This document shows positions 25,940 through 35,192 of a stretch of DNA of 64,000 nucleotides, one piece after another. Where the stretch lies: IMG/VR virus record IMGVR_UViG_2863357390_000001, one strand, 5' to 3'. A program made the translations under genes and the position numbers. The notes beneath the pieces are model-generated. The model worked only from the letters and a program-made list of their open reading frames with translations. It did not search any database and had not been told where the DNA came from. This DNA is from a virus. Taxonomy: Duplodnaviria; Caudoviricetes. Numbering within the stretch: the first letter of the stretch is position 1; each line of letters opens with the position of its first letter.

Positions 25940-26110
25940 ATGCCCAAACTCCGATGGAAGAAGTCCAGCAAGTCCGGCTCGAACACCGGCTGCGTGGAGA
26001 TCAGCAACCGGTTCGACGCCGTCCGCGACTCGAAGAACCCCGGCGGTCCCGCACTGGAGTTCCCGGCCGGCGCGGTGAAGTCCTTCGTCGCGGCGCTCCG
26101 GCAGAGCTAG
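25940..26110 (+). CDS. DUF397 protein 4 (56 aa, absent from the ORF track)
   Basis: Manual translation MPKLRWKKSSKSGSNTGCVEISNRFDAVRDSKNP. Confidence 0.9.
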   Translation: MPKLRWKKSSKSGSNTGCVEISNRFDAVRDSKNPGGPALEFPAGAVKSFVAALRQS

Positions 26111-26116
26111 CCGCCC

Positions 26117-26572
26117 ATGGACGAAGACCCCGACGCCGACCGGCTGACCGCGCTCACCCGCCGCCTCCACGACCTCCACCCCGCCCACGACCACGCCACG
26201 ATCGAGAGCATCGCCCACGCGATCGACCGCGACGGCCACGGCGGCTCGGGCCTCGTGCCCGACCCGCTCTACTGGGACCCCCGGTACCGGGACCAGCCCG
26301 AGCTGTGGGACTGGCTGGAGTCCGACTACCAGGTGTACGACTCGGCCGACCCCCGCCGGCTGTGGCGCATCCCCACCACACCGGACACCCCGACGGTCCG
26401 CGCGCCGCGTCCCCGCTTCCGGTTGGAGAAAAGGTTGCGCGTCCGGCCGGCGCCGTACGTGGGCCGGGCGTTCGTGTACGCGTGGTACGTCGGCGTGTCC
26501 CTGGCGGGCCGGTGCGTCGCCAGCGAGGTGTGGAGGGAGTACCAGGACCGAGGGCAGCCGACCCCGGCTTGA
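26117..26572 (+). CDS. Hypothetical protein
   Basis: 151-aa ORF. Confidence 0.6.
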   Translation: MDEDPDADRLTALTRRLHDLHPAHDHATIESIAHAIDRDGHGGSGLVPDPLYWDPRYRDQPELWDWLESDYQVYDSADPRRLWRIPTTPDTPTVRAPRPRFRLEKRLRVRPAPYVGRAFVYAWYVGVSLAGRCVASEVWREYQDRGQPTPA

Positions 26573-26603
26573 CGGTGTCCCTTCCGGACGCAAAGCTGTC
26601 GCC

Positions 26604-26747
26604 GTCGAACGCCGTTCAGCGCGGGTACCCCACGCGGGGTTGGCGGGTGGCACTCCGGTCAACGGCCCGCCAGCGGCTGTGACACCGGCTCAGGCGCCCG
26701 GCGGGAACCGCTGGCACTGGTCCCCCTCGCGCTGATCGACGTTCGAC
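26604..26747. ncRNA. Candidate structured ncRNA
   Basis: Nested closing stems 26604-11/26740-47 and 26616-23/26728-35 with internal hairpins, followed by a terminator. Confidence 0.5.
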
Positions 26748-26750
26748 AGT

Positions 26751-26785
26751 GAAGCCCCGGCCGCCTGACATACGGCCGGGGCTTC
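26751..26785. terminator. Intrinsic terminator
   Basis: 13-bp perfect stem. Confidence 0.8.
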
Positions 26786-26977
26786 GTCATTGTGTGAACG
26801 GCTCGGCGGGTTGTCCACACAGGACCGTACCGGCCTGGCAAACGCTTGACCGTACTGGCAGACAGCCAGATCACATTCCCGTCACCACCACCCCCGCCCA
26901 TGCCCTCCCACATGGATACCCCCGCCCACCCCACCTACCCTGCGGGCACGCTCCCCATCCGCCGTAGGGAGGACCAC

Positions 26978-27175
26978 GTGACCACCCCAACACCCCACGC
27001 CACCACCGCACTGATCACCACCACCGACGACGTCTACAACCTGCACGCCGAGATCGCCTCGATCCTCGACCGCAGACTCGCCACGATCACCACTCGGACC
27101 CGCACCGACATCGCCGACGACCTCGACGCCGCCGGCTACACCGAAGCCGCCGCGTACCTCCGCTCCCAGCCGTGA
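26978..27175 (+). CDS. Small hypothetical protein
   Basis: GGGAGG RBS, GTG start. Confidence 0.6.
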   Translation: MTTPTPHATTALITTTDDVYNLHAEIASILDRRLATITTRTRTDIADDLDAAGYTEAAAYLRSQP

Positions 27176-27999
27176 CCGGCATGGACATCGTCGCCGCGAT
27201 CGACCAGGCGATCGGCTGCGAACAGTGCGGCCGGCCCCTCGACGACTCCCCGTCGGACCTGTGGTGCAGCGAGGGATGCCAGCAGGCGTGGCAGTCCGCG
27301 CGCACCACGCCGCTCACCGGCTACCGCGAGCCGTGGGGCGGGTACTACCCGGAGGATTACGAGACCGGCCGCGTTCCTCGGTCGGCAGCAGAGAACCGAG
27401 TCGGCGTGTCCGTGTCGGCGTGGTTCTCGGCGTACCACGCCGGCATTGTCGGCGTCGCGGACGCGTTCACAGCGATGGGCTACTCCGAGTCCGAGGCGCA
27501 GCGGTTGTCCCAGCGGTTCTCGGAACGCCGCGACGCTTCACTCGCACCTCGGGTGTTGGTGCACGACGCGGGCACGTTGTTCACCGGCTCCGTCGACGGC
27601 TGGCGTGAGATCGGCGCTGTGGCAGGGTCGGTGCTCGTGGACGTCGCCGCGTCCACCCCTGGGACCGACGTCGACCAAAGGCGCGGTCTGGACGCGCTCC
27701 GCGAGCACGGCGCGGACTTGGACGTCGAGGACGTCGAGTTCCTGAGCCACCACGGCCACGAGATCCGCACTCGCCTGTCCGACACGATCCGCGGTGTCGA
27801 GTTCACCGCGGCGTTCGTCGACGAGGCGTTCGTGGACAGCCTGTTCCGGGCGTCCGAGGGGATGGCCGAACTCGCCGCCGTCGTGCGCGAGGTGGACGAC
27901 CGGCAGGCCAGGGCGTTGGAGGCCCGGCGTAACCGCAACACCGGGCCCCGACGAACACCGCGTCCACCTCGGTCGATCAACGCCAACAAGGCGCGTTGA
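27172..27999 (+). CDS. Hypothetical protein with N-terminal Zn finger
   Basis: CEQC...WCSEGC. Confidence 0.65.
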   Translation: MTGMDIVAAIDQAIGCEQCGRPLDDSPSDLWCSEGCQQAWQSARTTPLTGYREPWGGYYPEDYETGRVPRSAAENRVGVSVSAWFSAYHAGIVGVADAFTAMGYSESEAQRLSQRFSERRDASLAPRVLVHDAGTLFTGSVDGWREIGAVAGSVLVDVAASTPGTDVDQRRGLDALREHGADLDVEDVEFLSHHGHEIRTRLSDTIRGVEFTAAFVDEAFVDSLFRASEGMAELAAVVREVDDRQARALEARRNRNTGPRRTPRPPRSINANKAR

Positions 28000-28000
28000 C

Positions 28001-28186
28001 ATGCCCCGCTTCCTTGCCACCGTGCTCAGGACCTGTTTCGTGGTCGTGGTCGTGTTCAACGTCGTCGGCGCGGTCGGCAACCTGGTCACCGGCCAGCCGA
28101 CCACCGGCTACATCGCGAACCTGGCGTTCGCACTGAGTGTGTACAACCTCGCCCGCCCCGGCGACCCGCACTGGGCGCGAGCATGA
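28001..28186 (+). CDS. Small membrane protein
   Basis: Two hydrophobic segments. Confidence 0.5.
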   Translation: MPRFLATVLRTCFVVVVVFNVVGAVGNLVTGQPTTGYIANLAFALSVYNLARPGDPHWARA

Positions 28187-28290
28187 CCGCCCCGCCCCCA
28201 CCGGACCCGTTGGACCCCGCCGCCTGGGTCCTGCTGGTCGTGGCCCTGCTGTTGATCCTGCTCGCTGTCGGAGTCGCCGCCGTCCACTAG
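28183..28290 (+). CDS. 35-aa membrane peptide
   Basis: ATGA coupling; single TM helix. Confidence 0.45.
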   Translation: MTAPPPPDPLDPAAWVLLVVALLLILLAVGVAAVH

Positions 28291-28300
28291 GGAGCCGCGC

Positions 28301-28525
28301 ATGAAGCCGTTCCTGTTCCTCCTGCTCGTCCTGGCCGTGCTCGCGTTGCTCGCCTTGGCCGTGTGGGCTGCCCACCACCGGACCGGGGTGCGCAGCCGCA
28401 CGCTGGCCCGCTACCGGGCGGCGGTGCGCGACATCGAGGCCAAGGCCGACCTGTACCGGGACATCGACTCCGTACTCGCCACCGAAGTCCGCGCCATCCT
28501 CCGCACTCTCAGGGAGCACACGTGA
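28301..28525 (+). CDS. Small membrane protein
   Basis: GGGAG RBS; N-terminal TM helix. Confidence 0.6.
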   Translation: MKPFLFLLLVLAVLALLALAVWAAHHRTGVRSRTLARYRAAVRDIEAKADLYRDIDSVLATEVRAILRTLREHT

Positions 28526-29418
28526 TCCGCCCTCTCACGCTCGCCGTCCTGCTGTTCCTGGCCGCCGCCGTGCTCCTGCTGTCGGGGTGTTCGATCGCGA
28601 ACACCACCGCGTCCGAGGTCGCGTTGCAGTACGGAGGCGGCCCGTTCGACTCGCGTGTGTTCGTGCAGTGTGTGCCGAACGGCACCCGCGAGGTCAACGA
28701 CGTCGCGGACGACCACTTCTACTACCCGGCCGGGCAGCGGGACTTCACCTTCGGCCCCGACCAGGGGTTGGACTCGGCGCCGCTGACGTCCACGACCGGC
28801 GACGCGCAGGAGATCAGCGTCTCGGGCACGGTCAAGTTCACGGTGAACACCGACTGCTCGGAGTTCGTCGACCCGTCCGGCAAGAGGTGGCCGGGCGGGA
28901 AGTTGCAGATGTTCCACGAGCTGATCGCCGCCAAGTACGACGCCGCCCCGACCGACGGCGGCGAGTCGATGCCGAACGGGTGGAAGACGCTGCTGCGCAA
29001 CTACATCGGCGCCGCCGTCGACCGGGCAACGGACAACGAGGCGCTCAAGTACGGGTGGCAGGACCTGTACACGGACACGGCGAAGAAGGCCCAGTGGGAG
29101 AAGGACGTGCTCGCGCAGCTCCCGGCGATCCTGTCCACGCTGACGCAGGGCGTCGACCTGATCCAGATCAACGCGGTCCTGCTGCAGAAGCCCGGCATCC
29201 AACCGGCCCTGGTGTCGGGGCTGACGGACAAGCAGGCCGCCGAACTGCGCAACCAGGCCGCCGAGGTGGACAAGAAGGCCGCGGAGAACTTCCCGGGCGG
29301 ACTGGCCGGGTATCAGGCGTACCAGCAGCAGCAGGCGATCAACCAGGCGATCAAGGACGGCAAGGTCCAGGTGCTGCCGGTGCCGCAGGGCTCGCCGGTG
29401 ATCGTCGGCGGCAAGTGA
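28522..29418 (+). CDS. SPFH/Band-7 domain lipoprotein
   Basis: Lipobox LSGC, SPFH-like core and coiled-coil tail. Confidence 0.75.
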   Translation: MIRPLTLAVLLFLAAAVLLLSGCSIANTTASEVALQYGGGPFDSRVFVQCVPNGTREVNDVADDHFYYPAGQRDFTFGPDQGLDSAPLTSTTGDAQEISVSGTVKFTVNTDCSEFVDPSGKRWPGGKLQMFHELIAAKYDAAPTDGGESMPNGWKTLLRNYIGAAVDRATDNEALKYGWQDLYTDTAKKAQWEKDVLAQLPAILSTLTQGVDLIQINAVLLQKPGIQPALVSGLTDKQAAELRNQAAEVDKKAAENFPGGLAGYQAYQQQQAINQAIKDGKVQVLPVPQGSPVIVGGK

Positions 29419-29681
29419 TGGCCGCCGCCGTCGTGTCCCTGGTCCTGGCCGTGGCCGCGCTGGTGGTGGTGCAGCGGAACTGGCTGACTCTCGCCGACAC
29501 CGAACGCATCCTGGGCGACAACGCCAGGACGTTGGCGTCGGTGACCGGGGATCGGGAGACGTGGATGGCGTCCGCCGTGCGCCACTACGCGCGGGCCCGT
29601 GCGTTCGAGCGCCGCGCCTGGCCGTTCAGGCCGAAGCGGCGCGGGGTCCGTGAGTCCGATCCGTCCACAGAGGAGGCGTGA
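29418..29681 (+). CDS. Small membrane-anchored protein
   Basis: TGATG coupling. Confidence 0.55.
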   Translation: MAAAVVSLVLAVAALVVVQRNWLTLADTERILGDNARTLASVTGDRETWMASAVRHYARARAFERRAWPFRPKRRGVRESDPSTEEA

Positions 29682-30304
29682 TGACCGACTTCTGCTCGAC
29701 CCCGACCTGTGCGTCCCGTGACACCCCGCCCTGGGCGGCCGAAGGGGCGACCGTGTGCGCCCGGTGCGTCACCCGGCTCCGGGAGGACTGCACCGCCATC
29801 CCCACGCTGTGGAGACCCTGGACGGCCACCGCCGCGCTCTACCCCACCCGTGCCGCATCCGGCCGGCGCGCTCCGGGCGTGGCCCCGGCCGCACCGGCCA
29901 ACTTGGTGGCCCTGGTCATGACCGACGTGCGCACGTCGTGGGACGAGCCCGGTGACCTGCTCAACCCTCAGCGGGCGTTGGCCGAGGTGTCCGCGCGCAT
30001 CCTCCGCGACGGCGCAGGCCAAGCGCGGGCGTTGGGGTCGCTGTCGGTGGCCGAGTCCTGTGCGGTCATCGGCGTCGGCCCGCTGCACTGGTGGGCGCTG
30101 GCGCAGGAGTGGGCGGGGGCGATGTGCTGGACGGTCCGCCTGGTCCGCCACCAGCTCGGCGGCCTGGCGCACGAGGTCCGGCCGCGCCCGGTCGGGACGT
30201 GCGAAGGGTGTCAGGGTCCGTTGTGGGTGTCGGGCATGTCGGTGGTGTGCCGGGCGTGCCGCACGGACAGGTCGGGGTTCGAGCTGCTCGGGCTGTCGGC
30301 ATGA
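29678..30304 (+). CDS. Cys-rich hypothetical phage protein
   Basis: N-terminal and C-terminal CxxC pairs. Confidence 0.7.
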   Translation: MMTDFCSTPTCASRDTPPWAAEGATVCARCVTRLREDCTAIPTLWRPWTATAALYPTRAASGRRAPGVAPAAPANLVALVMTDVRTSWDEPGDLLNPQRALAEVSARILRDGAGQARALGSLSVAESCAVIGVGPLHWWALAQEWAGAMCWTVRLVRHQLGGLAHEVRPRPVGTCEGCQGPLWVSGMSVVCRACRTDRSGFELLGLSA

Positions 30305-30435
30305 GCGGCGACGACGCGGGCTTGCGCCGCCACGCCGCGAGAACCGTCATGTCCGAGTGGTGGCCTGGAACCGCATGGTTCCAGTACGGCAACGTCGGCG
30401 CCTTGCCATCGGAGGTAGGTAGCGCCCGTGCATGA
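30301..30435 (+). CDS. Small hypothetical protein
   Basis: ATGA coupling. Confidence 0.4.
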   Translation: MSGDDAGLRRHAARTVMSEWWPGTAWFQYGNVGALPSEVGSARA

Positions 30436-30682
30436 CATCGCCAGGTGGCTTCGTGACCAGATCTCGGCCGACGCCGACGTGCTCGCCATGTGCGACGCGC
30501 ACGCCGCAATCCTTGCCGTCCACTACGTCGACGAGAAGGACCCTGCCAGCGAATGCGTAGGCTGCCTCACCACCCGCTGGCGTGAGCCCTGGGCGCCCAA
30601 CATCAACGAGTGCCCCACTCTGCGAGCGCTCGCTTTGGCCTACCAGCACCGCCCCGGCTACCGCGAGGAGTGGAGGCCATGA
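30428..30682 (+). CDS. DUF6221-like protein
   Basis: LRALALAYQHRPGYREEWRP C-terminus. Confidence 0.75.
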   Translation: MHDIARWLRDQISADADVLAMCDAHAAILAVHYVDEKDPASECVGCLTTRWREPWAPNINECPTLRALALAYQHRPGYREEWRP

Positions 30683-31413
30683 CGGGCGAGGTGTACGTCC
30701 TGGTCTCCGATGACGAGGCCGGGTTGCAGGTGCACGGTGTGTTCGAGGCCGAAGCCGACGCCCGCCGTATCGCCAACGAACTCGACGAGGACGGTGACTG
30801 CGGCTACGACGTCCGCCCGCTCGGATACTGGCCGTCGGGGACCGCGCCCACGGTCTACGAGGAGTGGGAAGTCGCCATCATCCGCGACTCCCCGGACGGC
30901 CAGAGCATCTACACGGAGGCCCGACGCTGCCTCGAATCCGACCTGCGGCCGGGCCGGGCCACCGTCGAACGCGACGAGTCCGGCCGCGTTCTCTCGATCA
31001 CTGCGACCGCTGCCACCAAAGCCGCCGCGCTCGCCAAGGCCGAGGCCACCGCCGACGCATACCGCGGCCCGCGCTGTCTGGCCCACCGCCAGGACGGCCC
31101 CTGCTGGTCCGACCGAAACTGGTGTCTCCTGCCTGCGGCACACGGCGAAGACTGCGAGTTCGGCGCTTTCCCCGAGCCGGTGGTCGTGGACAGCGACTCC
31201 GACGTCCTGTACTTCAGGTTGTTCGACCAGCGCCATCGGGTGCCCCGGAACGGCGGGGGCGTGGTCGCCCTCGCCGACGCCGGTCCGTATCTGGTGTACG
31301 AGCCGTCCCTGCCGCGGATGTGGTACCCGTGCGTCGACGAGGCCGAGGCGCGGGTGGTCCAGGCGAGCCGTCAGGTGCAACGGGGTCGCATACCGCGCGG
31401 CGACGGCGGGTGA
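30679..31413 (+). CDS. Hypothetical phage protein
   Basis: GGAGG RBS; coupled. Confidence 0.65.
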   Translation: MTGEVYVLVSDDEAGLQVHGVFEAEADARRIANELDEDGDCGYDVRPLGYWPSGTAPTVYEEWEVAIIRDSPDGQSIYTEARRCLESDLRPGRATVERDESGRVLSITATAATKAAALAKAEATADAYRGPRCLAHRQDGPCWSDRNWCLLPAAHGEDCEFGAFPEPVVVDSDSDVLYFRLFDQRHRVPRNGGGVVALADAGPYLVYEPSLPRMWYPCVDEAEARVVQASRQVQRGRIPRGDGG

Positions 31414-31420
31414 CCCGGCT

Positions 31421-31669
31421 GTGCCGCCCGCCAGAGACCGGCCGTCCCGTGAGGACGTGTGGCTGCCCGCCGACCTGCTGCTCGTGCTGCTCACCCAGGA
31501 AGCGGTCCGGACCGGCGACAGGCGCCTGCGCGTGACCCGCAAGGCCATCAACACGTGGGTGCGCCGGCGGCACGTGCGGTACGAACGCGGCCGGGGCTAC
31601 CACGTCGCCTCGGTGATCGACTACCTGACCAACCGGGGACGACGCGGCCTGCACCGCCGGTCGTCTTGA
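31421..31669 (+). CDS. Small HTH protein, putative late-gene regulator
   Basis: VTRKAINTWVRRRHV...YHVASV; last gene before the late promoter. Confidence 0.55.
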   Translation: MPPARDRPSREDVWLPADLLLVLLTQEAVRTGDRRLRVTRKAINTWVRRRHVRYERGRGYHVASVIDYLTNRGRRGLHRRSS

Positions 31670-31695
31670 CCAGCGGCGACGCGATGTGTCACCAT
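31666..31695 (+). promoter_or_regulatory. Putative late promoter
   Basis: TTGACC-18-CACCAT. Confidence 0.45.
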
Positions 31696-31942
31696 CCGTG
31701 ACAGCGCCACACGTGTGCCCACCGCACCACACGACGCGCGCGAAACCCCCTTGAGGCCCCGGCATCCACCCGCCGGGGCCTCACCCATGTCTTCCCCGGA
31801 AAACGGGCCTGGGCGGCCCTGTGTGGCGGGCCGGGGAACAACGCGGTCGGGAAGCACCTGCCGGGAACTCCACCCCCGGCGCTTCCCGACCGCCCCCATC
31901 CGAACCGCACCCCCGAACAGCAGGAAAGGGGGGTGAGACCCC

Positions 31943-32161
31943 GTGGCCGACACCCGACTGCTGCGCACCTGCATCGGCTGCGCGCAGACCGACGACCACC
32001 CCCGCCACGTGGTGTGGCAGCCCGGTGACGTCGAGGTCACCTGGCACATGGACTGCCACGTCATCGCCACCGGCTGCCCCGTCTGCGAGGGGCAGTTGGC
32101 CGGGGCGGACGGGCTCACCGGGGACGCACTCCGCGCCCACCTGACCACAAAGGACGGATGA
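31943..32161 (+). CDS. Small Cys/His-rich phage protein
   Basis: CIGC...DHPRH...HMDC...CPVC. Confidence 0.7.
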   Translation: MADTRLLRTCIGCAQTDDHPRHVVWQPGDVEVTWHMDCHVIATGCPVCEGQLAGADGLTGDALRAHLTTKDG

Positions 32162-32165
32162 CACG

Positions 32166-32549
32166 ATGCCCGCTCTGGTCACCACCGAGGCCAACAGGTT
32201 GCTGGACGCGAGCCTCGGCGTCGCCACGTACACCGCGCCCACCGGCTCCATGAAGGTCGCACTCGCCACCTCCGCGTCCAGCGCTTCGGCCGCGGGCACC
32301 GAGGTGTCCGGCGGTTCCTACGCCCGCCAGAACGTCACCTTCGGGTCGGCGTCGGCGGGCTCCACGAGCAACACCGGCGCGGTCACGTTCACGAGCATGC
32401 CCGCGGCGACCGTGACGCACGTGGACATCTACGACTCCAACGGCACGCCGCGCCGCGCCTGGTACGGCGCGCTGACCGCCAGCAAGACCACTGCCAGTGG
32501 CGACACGCTCAGCTTCGCCATCGGCGCGCTCACGATCAGCCTGTCCTGA
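32166..32549 (+). CDS. Phage fibre-associated structural protein
   Basis: EVSGGSYARQNVTF...GAVTF...SKT...GDT motif. Confidence 0.75.
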   Translation: MPALVTTEANRLLDASLGVATYTAPTGSMKVALATSASSASAAGTEVSGGSYARQNVTFGSASAGSTSNTGAVTFTSMPAATVTHVDIYDSNGTPRRAWYGALTASKTTASGDTLSFAIGALTISLS

Positions 32550-32577
32550 CCGACACACGACATTCCGGGGGAACGAG

Positions 32578-32874
32578 TTGGCCGGCTTACAGCCCACCAG
32601 CGGAAACGACGTCAACACCCAGCTCGGGGTTATCGCGCGCAACGTGTTCGCGGCCCTGGCCGACGTCAAGCAGGCCAAGGACTGGCTCGACACCATGCCC
32701 GACAACACCCTCACCTCCCCGCCGTTCAACATGACGTCGGGTGACGTCGCGGTCCTCAAGTCCGCTTTCGCCGACCTGGCCAAGCTCGCCGCGGTCTTCG
32801 AGGGGACCCAGCCGCACAGCCCGGCGGCTGACCTCCGCGGGTTCGCCCGGCAGACGATCGGCATCAACTCCTGA
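32578..32874 (+). CDS. Hypothetical protein
   Basis: TTG start after GGGGGA. Confidence 0.55.
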   Translation: MAGLQPTSGNDVNTQLGVIARNVFAALADVKQAKDWLDTMPDNTLTSPPFNMTSGDVAVLKSAFADLAKLAAVFEGTQPHSPAADLRGFARQTIGINS

Positions 32875-32888
32875 CGAGGTAGGTCGCG

Positions 32889-34766
32889 ATGGCGGCTCCC
32901 GCGTACGGCAGCGCCGGCACCTACTACAACCCCGGCGGCACCGGCACCTCGGCGGTGGTGGCGGTGCCGTCCGGCGTGGTCTCCGGCGACGTCGTCCTGG
33001 TCGCGCTCTACAAGGAGAACAGCGCCACGGTCACCCCGCCGTCGGGTTTCACCGAGGTGTCGTCCACCCCGGTCACGACCACGTCGTCGGGCGTGCACAC
33101 GCTGCACGTGTTCTGGAAGCGGGCGACCGGCGCCGACTCGGGCACCTACACGTTCTCGTGGACCGGCGCGGTCTACCGCGAGGGGTCCGCGCAGCGATAC
33201 ACCGGCGTCGTCACCAGCGGAAACCCTTTCGACGTCCAGAACTCGGCGCAGCGCTCCAGCAACGGCACCGCCACCCCTGCGGTCACTGTCACCACCACGG
33301 GCGCCGACCGGCTGCTCGTCTGGGCCGCGACGAGCTGGGCCGGTGGCGCGTGGACCCCGCCGACCGGGTACACCGAGCGCGTCGACACCTCGGCCGACCT
33401 CACCGTGGCCACGGTGGTGCAGGCGTCGTCCGGGTCGTCGGGCAGCGTCACGGGCACGTGTGCCGGGTCCAGTGCGCAGACCGCGTGGCTGGGAGCGCTG
33501 CTCCCGGTCTCGGGTGCGTCCACGGTGGACGCCACCGCCACGCTGGCCGCGTCGTCCACGCTGGCCGCCGCGGGGACGGTCACCACGCCGGCCACTGCCG
33601 CGCTCGTCGCGTCGAGCACCCTGTCCGCCGCGGCGACCACGACCACGAGTGCCACGGCCACGCTCGCGGCCGACTCGGCGTTCACCGCTGCGGCGGCGAT
33701 CGCCCGCCCGGCCGCCGTGACCTTGGCGGCGGACTCCGCGCTGACCGCCGTCGGAACGGTCGACCGGCCTGCGACCGCGACGCTGCCCGCCGAGTCGACG
33801 CTCACCGCGATCGTCGACCGCACCGCCGTCACCACGACGCTCCTGGCCGGAACCGCAACGCTTACGGCGGACGCGGTCGCGACCCGCACCACGGGCGCCA
33901 CGCTGACCGCGTCGTCCTCGCTCAGCTCGGGCGCGGACCGCACGGCCACCACAACCGTGGGCCTGTCCGCCACGTCGACCGTCACCGCCGACCCGACCGT
34001 GGTTCGGCCTGCGGCAGCCACGCTGACCGCGACCGGCACCCTCACGGCCGGCGCCGACCGCACCGCCGTCACGTCCGCCGTCCTCGCCGGTACCAGTGGT
34101 CTCACCGCGGACGCCGCCGTCACCCGGCCCGCGACGGCTGTCCTCACCGGCACGTCGACGCTCACGGCCGACCCCGGCGGCGCACTCCCGGCCACGGCCG
34201 GCCTGACCGGCTCCACGACCCTGGCCGCGACCGCCGTCCGGTCCACGCACCCCGACGCCCAACTCGCCGCCACGTCCACCCTGACCACGACGGCGACACG
34301 CACCACGACCGGCGCTGCCCAGGCGGTGGCCGACAGCCAGCTCGCCGCGACCGCCGGCCTCACCACTACCGCCTCGGGAACGCTCACCGCGAGTTCGAGC
34401 CTCACCGCGGCGGCGGTGGTCTCGGCGGGTGGTGTCGGGGCGTCGCTGACCGGCGGGTCGTCGCTGACCGCGACCGCCGTGCGCGACGCACCCGCCCTGG
34501 CCGTGCTCGTCGGCGCGGCCACGCTCACCACCTCCGGAGCCGTCCACGCCCCGGCCGTCGCACTCCTGGCCGGAACGTCCGCGCTGGCCGCGTCCACGAC
34601 CTCGACCCACACGGCCACCGCGACCCTGACCGCGACGAGCGCCCTGGCCGCCACGGCCACGGGTGAGAGCGGTGAGCTGGACGACGTGTTCGCTCTCGGC
34701 CGAATCGGCACCGGGTGGACGCTCGGCCGGTTCGGGAGCGGGTGGCGGGCCGGACGCGTCGACTGA
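32889..34766 (+). CDS. Ala/Thr-rich fibre/adhesin-like virion protein
   Basis: N-terminal beta domain plus about 19 repeats of 20 aa. Confidence 0.75.
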   Translation: MAAPAYGSAGTYYNPGGTGTSAVVAVPSGVVSGDVVLVALYKENSATVTPPSGFTEVSSTPVTTTSSGVHTLHVFWKRATGADSGTYTFSWTGAVYREGSAQRYTGVVTSGNPFDVQNSAQRSSNGTATPAVTVTTTGADRLLVWAATSWAGGAWTPPTGYTERVDTSADLTVATVVQASSGSSGSVTGTCAGSSAQTAWLGALLPVSGASTVDATATLAASSTLAAAGTVTTPATAALVASSTLSAAATTTTSATATLAADSAFTAAAAIARPAAVTLAADSALTAVGTVDRPATATLPAESTLTAIVDRTAVTTTLLAGTATLTADAVATRTTGATLTASSSLSSGADRTATTTVGLSATSTVTADPTVVRPAAATLTATGTLTAGADRTAVTSAVLAGTSGLTADAAVTRPATAVLTGTSTLTADPGGALPATAGLTGSTTLAATAVRSTHPDAQLAATSTLTTTATRTTTGAAQAVADSQLAATAGLTTTASGTLTASSSLTAAAVVSAGGVGASLTGGSSLTATAVRDAPALAVLVGAATLTTSGAVHAPAVALLAGTSALAASTTSTHTATATLTATSALAATATGESGELDDVFALGRIGTGWTLGRFGSGWRAGRVD

Positions 34767-34781
34767 GGAAAGGGGACATCG

Positions 34782-35105
34782 GTGGACAAGCGCCTGTCCC
34801 GTGACTCGGTCGAGCTGCTGCGCGTCGAGGTCCTCCACACCAGACCCGACGGCACCCCGGCCGACCCGACGATCTACCCGGTCGCCGTCGCGGTCACCCC
34901 GGCCGACGTGCGCTACGTGCTGTCCACCGACTTCAAGCCTGCCCAGTGGCAGCACGGCCCGGCCGGTCCGGTGGCGGTGGTGCTCGTGGGTACCGGGTCG
35001 GACGTCGGCACCCTCGCGCTCGGCCGCAACGCCGTGTGGGTACGGGTGCAGGCAGACCCGGAGATCCCGGTGATGCGCGCCGACATGACCCTCGTCGTCT
35101 ACTGA
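34782..35105 (+). CDS. Phage adaptor-like (BppU-like) small beta protein
   Basis: GAGGAAAGGGG RBS; VWVRVQADPEIPV. Confidence 0.55.
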   Translation: MDKRLSRDSVELLRVEVLHTRPDGTPADPTIYPVAVAVTPADVRYVLSTDFKPAQWQHGPAGPVAVVLVGTGSDVGTLALGRNAVWVRVQADPEIPVMRADMTLVVY

Positions 35106-35192
35106 CCGGACGTGACGCTGCGTGGTCGAGGTGTCGGAAAACACCGGGCCGAGACCCGTACCAGCCAGTAACTCCGGTGGACGGAGAGTGAC

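Noticed and set aside
26604-26747. SAM-IV riboswitch on the minus strand
   Set aside because: Only partial resemblance (AGTGCCAGCG...GCTGGC, CAACCC...GGGGT), with an extra hairpin and no downstream gene on that strand.
35106-35192. Small hairpin region before the HNH gene as a riboswitch or ribozyme
   Set aside because: Only short stems; no recognisable consensus.
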